From: Neophaeotheca triangularis
Taxonomy: Eukaryota
Direction of reading: 5' to 3'
Assembly (NCBI GenBank): GCA_054600435.1
Contig: BAAIJX010000020.1
Coordinates: 310,001-374,000, forward strand
Length of the DNA: 64,000 nucleotides
Made by a program: the position numbers and the translations under genes. The notes beneath the pieces are model-generated. The model was not told the origin of the DNA, did no database searches, and was given only the letters and a program-made list of their open reading frames with translations. This document shows, piece by piece, positions 60,895 to 64,000 of this stretch. Position 1 is the stretch's first letter; the number at the start of each line of letters is the position of its first letter.

Positions 60895-62957
60895 TTAACT
60901 CTCCGATAGAGGTACTTCCTCATACTTCGGCTTAGTAGCACGTCTATCCCTGAGTTCCCAAAACTTTTGAACAATAATCTTCCCAATCGCCCACACGCCG
61001 ACTAAACTGAGTAGTGATACTAAACCGAGTAAGATCGGATGCGACGGAGACCCTAACATAGCCTTCTCGGGACGGGTTTGGGGCGCCGCATTCACAGTCG
61101 TACTATTGACCATTTCCACCTTAGCTTCCTCCGAGCGACCTAAGACTTTCTCGTCTTTGTCGAGAGCTTCTGCCCATATCGGTCCAGCCCCGTGAGGAAT
61201 GATGAACACAGTTTCAAAACCGGTTCTGTTAGCTGTGCCTAGGGACCCTCCAGCCTTGGAATGGAAACTCCAGCTTCGATATTCGGTCGCGCCGTTCCAA
61301 GACACGTAAACAGCAGCACTGCCGCCTTCGCCATGGCCCAAGACTCGGATATCAGGCTTCGTGTCGGGCATGCCTACCCAATGCTGTTTGTAGGCGCGAT
61401 AAGTACCGAATCGATCGCTCAGCCATCTTGCTTCCATGATAACCTCATCATCTTCGGTGTGCTCGGAGAGGTACCCGGCATCTGTCCAGGCCATGAAGAC
61501 ATTGCCGTTTGGTAAGATCTGCATTGAACCGCGCCTGTCGGCGTACGCTCCATCTGGCCGTTCATAAGACTTCAACTTCCTAGCCTTGAATTCCTCGCCT
61601 GCCTTGTGGTCGAGTTCGATGGTAAGACCGCGAGAACGGTCGTGAGTAGCTGGCTGATATTCTCTACCTTCTTTGCCCGCGGCGTTGTCTAATATGCTGA
61701 TCACGGACCGATCTTTCGAATGCTCAAGGTAGCGGACGTGGTGCTGCCTGGAGAATGCAAGGTTGTCTTCCATGGTGAAGTCATTCAGCCTACCAGTGCC
61801 GGCTAGTCGCCAGATAACATGGCCGTCTTTCCCGTCTACCAGGAGTAAAGCGTCGAGATATCGAACAGATGCGAGATAGTTGCCCTCCGGGGTTTTGGAC
61901 ACTGAGTTGGCATGGCTGCGAAACGTCAGTTTTCTGGCTTTCCGAGTATGTGCGAGTACTTGTGAAGCAGACTCACAATGCATCCCAAGGACGGCGCTTC
62001 GAGTAATGCGGTGGGTTGGGGGGCCCGGGGTGCTTCGAGCCATGATACGAGCTTTCGTTCAACTTTACATGGTCATGAACCTTCCAGTCAAAGATGATTT
62101 CACCGGTCTGAGTATCCAACTCCCTGAATCCATCGGTGCGGGTCCAAATGTCGCCTTTGAGGCCTAAATCTGCAGCACTGAGTTTCTGCGTGTCGTGGGT
62201 CATGACCAATGTCGTACTGCCGTCATCCTTGCTGCCGTCCGGTAGAACGAAGAATTCATGCTGGTTGAGGAATGTCGCATCTTCCTCGATGAGTATCGAG
62301 TGCTCGATATCGTAGGATTTATTCAGAAAGAATCCCGCGCCACAGTCAGGCTTGGGAAACTCGGCACTTCTGTACAACTTAGACGTTAGCTCGTCAGATC
62401 AAACCAGGCCGTAGCTGCTACCTGGCGAGCGCTTCTTCGGGGTTGACTTGCTTCACGTTGCCCGTCAGAACTGGATGACCTTGATACTCAGCGACGCCAA
62501 AGTCGAATACTATCCGGTTGTTGGTAAGACAAGCACCCGACCAGACGAGCTCCTAATGTGCACACGAATCAGCTCAGCCACCTAATTGGCGACAGTAGTG
62601 CTTGGCGATAGCTTGCATACCCCGTCGTTGTCGTAGATTGTTGGACCGACTTGGCAAGGAACCCATTTGGCATCGTCCAAATGATTTCCAGCGAACCGAT
62701 AAGGTCCGAGGAACCAGAAGCCCGGCGCCACTTTGTCTTTCTGGTGTTTCGTGACTTGCCATCTGGGCGGCATCAAGTCTGGCCGCTGCTCTTGTTGGTC
62801 AGCATGGATTGGGAGGGGCAATGGGGGGAGGTAACCTTGTGTAGAAGGCACCTACAGTCACAAATCTGTGCAGATCATCGGCGGCATGAAGGCCAGTGTC
62901 TGCCACTACCAAAACCAGAGAGAGCGCAAGAACGAAGACCAACGAGTTTGAGTACAT
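60895..62957 (-). CDS. Arylsulfotransferase (ASST-like) with signal peptide and C-terminal TM anchor; multi-exon
   Basis: RPDL.PP, GPTIYDNDG.LVWSG, NQHEF, H.NSV, QHHVR, GSMQILPNGN, YRAYK..W and VSWNGATE. Confidence 0.88.
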
Positions 62958-64000
62958 GGTTTTGATAGACAACAGTAGAGATGTCTCTCCAAATGGCAAT
63001 TCTCAGTGGACTTCGTAAGTTTCCATGTTCTTCCTACAAAAACGACCGACGGGATCCTGACTGATGAGCGCGGGTAAGGCTGATCAACGAACGCTGATGA
63101 TGACATCCATAGATGTTGACTTTCATACCGCCCGAGGGTATCGGGTACGGTACCTCCTCACCTGACCCGCAAGGCACTTCCGCGCGCAGTCCGAGCCAAA
63201 ATATTGTCTCTCCGAGTTCCCAGACGTTACTTCTACAAGCGCTTTCCAAGTAACGCATGGAAAAGCGCCCGGTTGCGACAACACCTACGATATAGACCCT
63301 TGCACTCCCTCTACCGCACCTCCGTACAGTACGACCATGTGAGAAGAGTCCTAAGGATCAAGCTCAAGGTCGTCAGCAACGCGCGCAAGGCTCGAGCTGG
63401 ACGGCACACGTCAACACTGTGCGCCGGATTCAGTTCAGTACAGGGGACTGAGGAGGCATGCAATACGTGAAGAGCAGGGCTCGGAAGACAAGATGAGGTT
63501 CTATGGCCATCACAATGCTTTGCGATCGACGGCTGCACCAGACGGAGCGTTGGCTCAATGCGAGTGCAGTACCAGAACCTGAAACCAAATCTGTTCGGTA
63601 TTATGAGACACCCCGACAACTGGGAGCCGGCGTATACTAGAGACTACCGGCAACATGCAAGGTGTAATAGCTGAGCAGATTGGGAGGTTGTCCTTGTCAA
63701 CGGCAGCCACGGCCTATATCTGACATGCTACGCAACCATGGCTTTTTCTGCCTATTGGACAACACTGACATGGCATGCATCAAGTCTTCACTTCGACCAT
63801 CCACCAAATATTGTCGTCTTTACGTCCTAATTCGATCGAACGTGCTCCGCGGCTACTTCAATCGCTGCCTTGTACCCTACGACGCCCAGCCCACAGACGA
63901 CTCCTACAGCCTTCTCGCTCAAGAAGCTATGATGCCGGAAGTCCTCCCTCGCGTACACGTTGCTGATATGTACCTCGACAAACGGTACCCCGACACCGAC

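Noticed and set aside
63100..64000. Short ORFs at the right edge
   Set aside because: No recognisable domain and truncated context.

Overview
Gene-dense, intron-containing DNA from a filamentous ascomycete (Pezizomycotina): short GT-AG introns with CTAAC/CTGAC branch sites, Zn2Cys6 factors and RIP-like scars. About 25 protein-coding genes can be read. Housekeeping genes: CAF1/POP2, complex I B12/NDUFB3 (missed by the ORF track), an FLX1-like mitochondrial carrier, NOP2, TRS33, GET4, an OCRL/INPP5B-like phosphatase and a hybrid histidine kinase. Accessory enzymes: SAM methyltransferase, GMC oxidoreductase, P450, arylsulfatase, secreted amidohydrolase, DUF1996-CBM1, arylsulfotransferase and a Cys-rich secreted protein. 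The most notable region is 47-60.7 kb. A reduced quinate-type regulon (qutR/qutA/qutC-like, with QA-1F-like operator sites) abuts a second module made of a Zn2Cys6 TF, an ACS-family MFS transporter, a bacterial-type NAD-binding/SAF oxidoreductase of unknown function, and a hidden, internally deleted, RIP-scarred cyclase/kynurenine-formamidase-family pseudogene that the ORF track does not show. Other oddities are an in-frame UAG ahead of a GET4-like C-terminal tail, a GC-AG intron in an AT-hook gene, a divergent caspase-like orphan and recurrent AGGTA/TACCT promoter islands. All family assignments come from motif recognition, not database searches.
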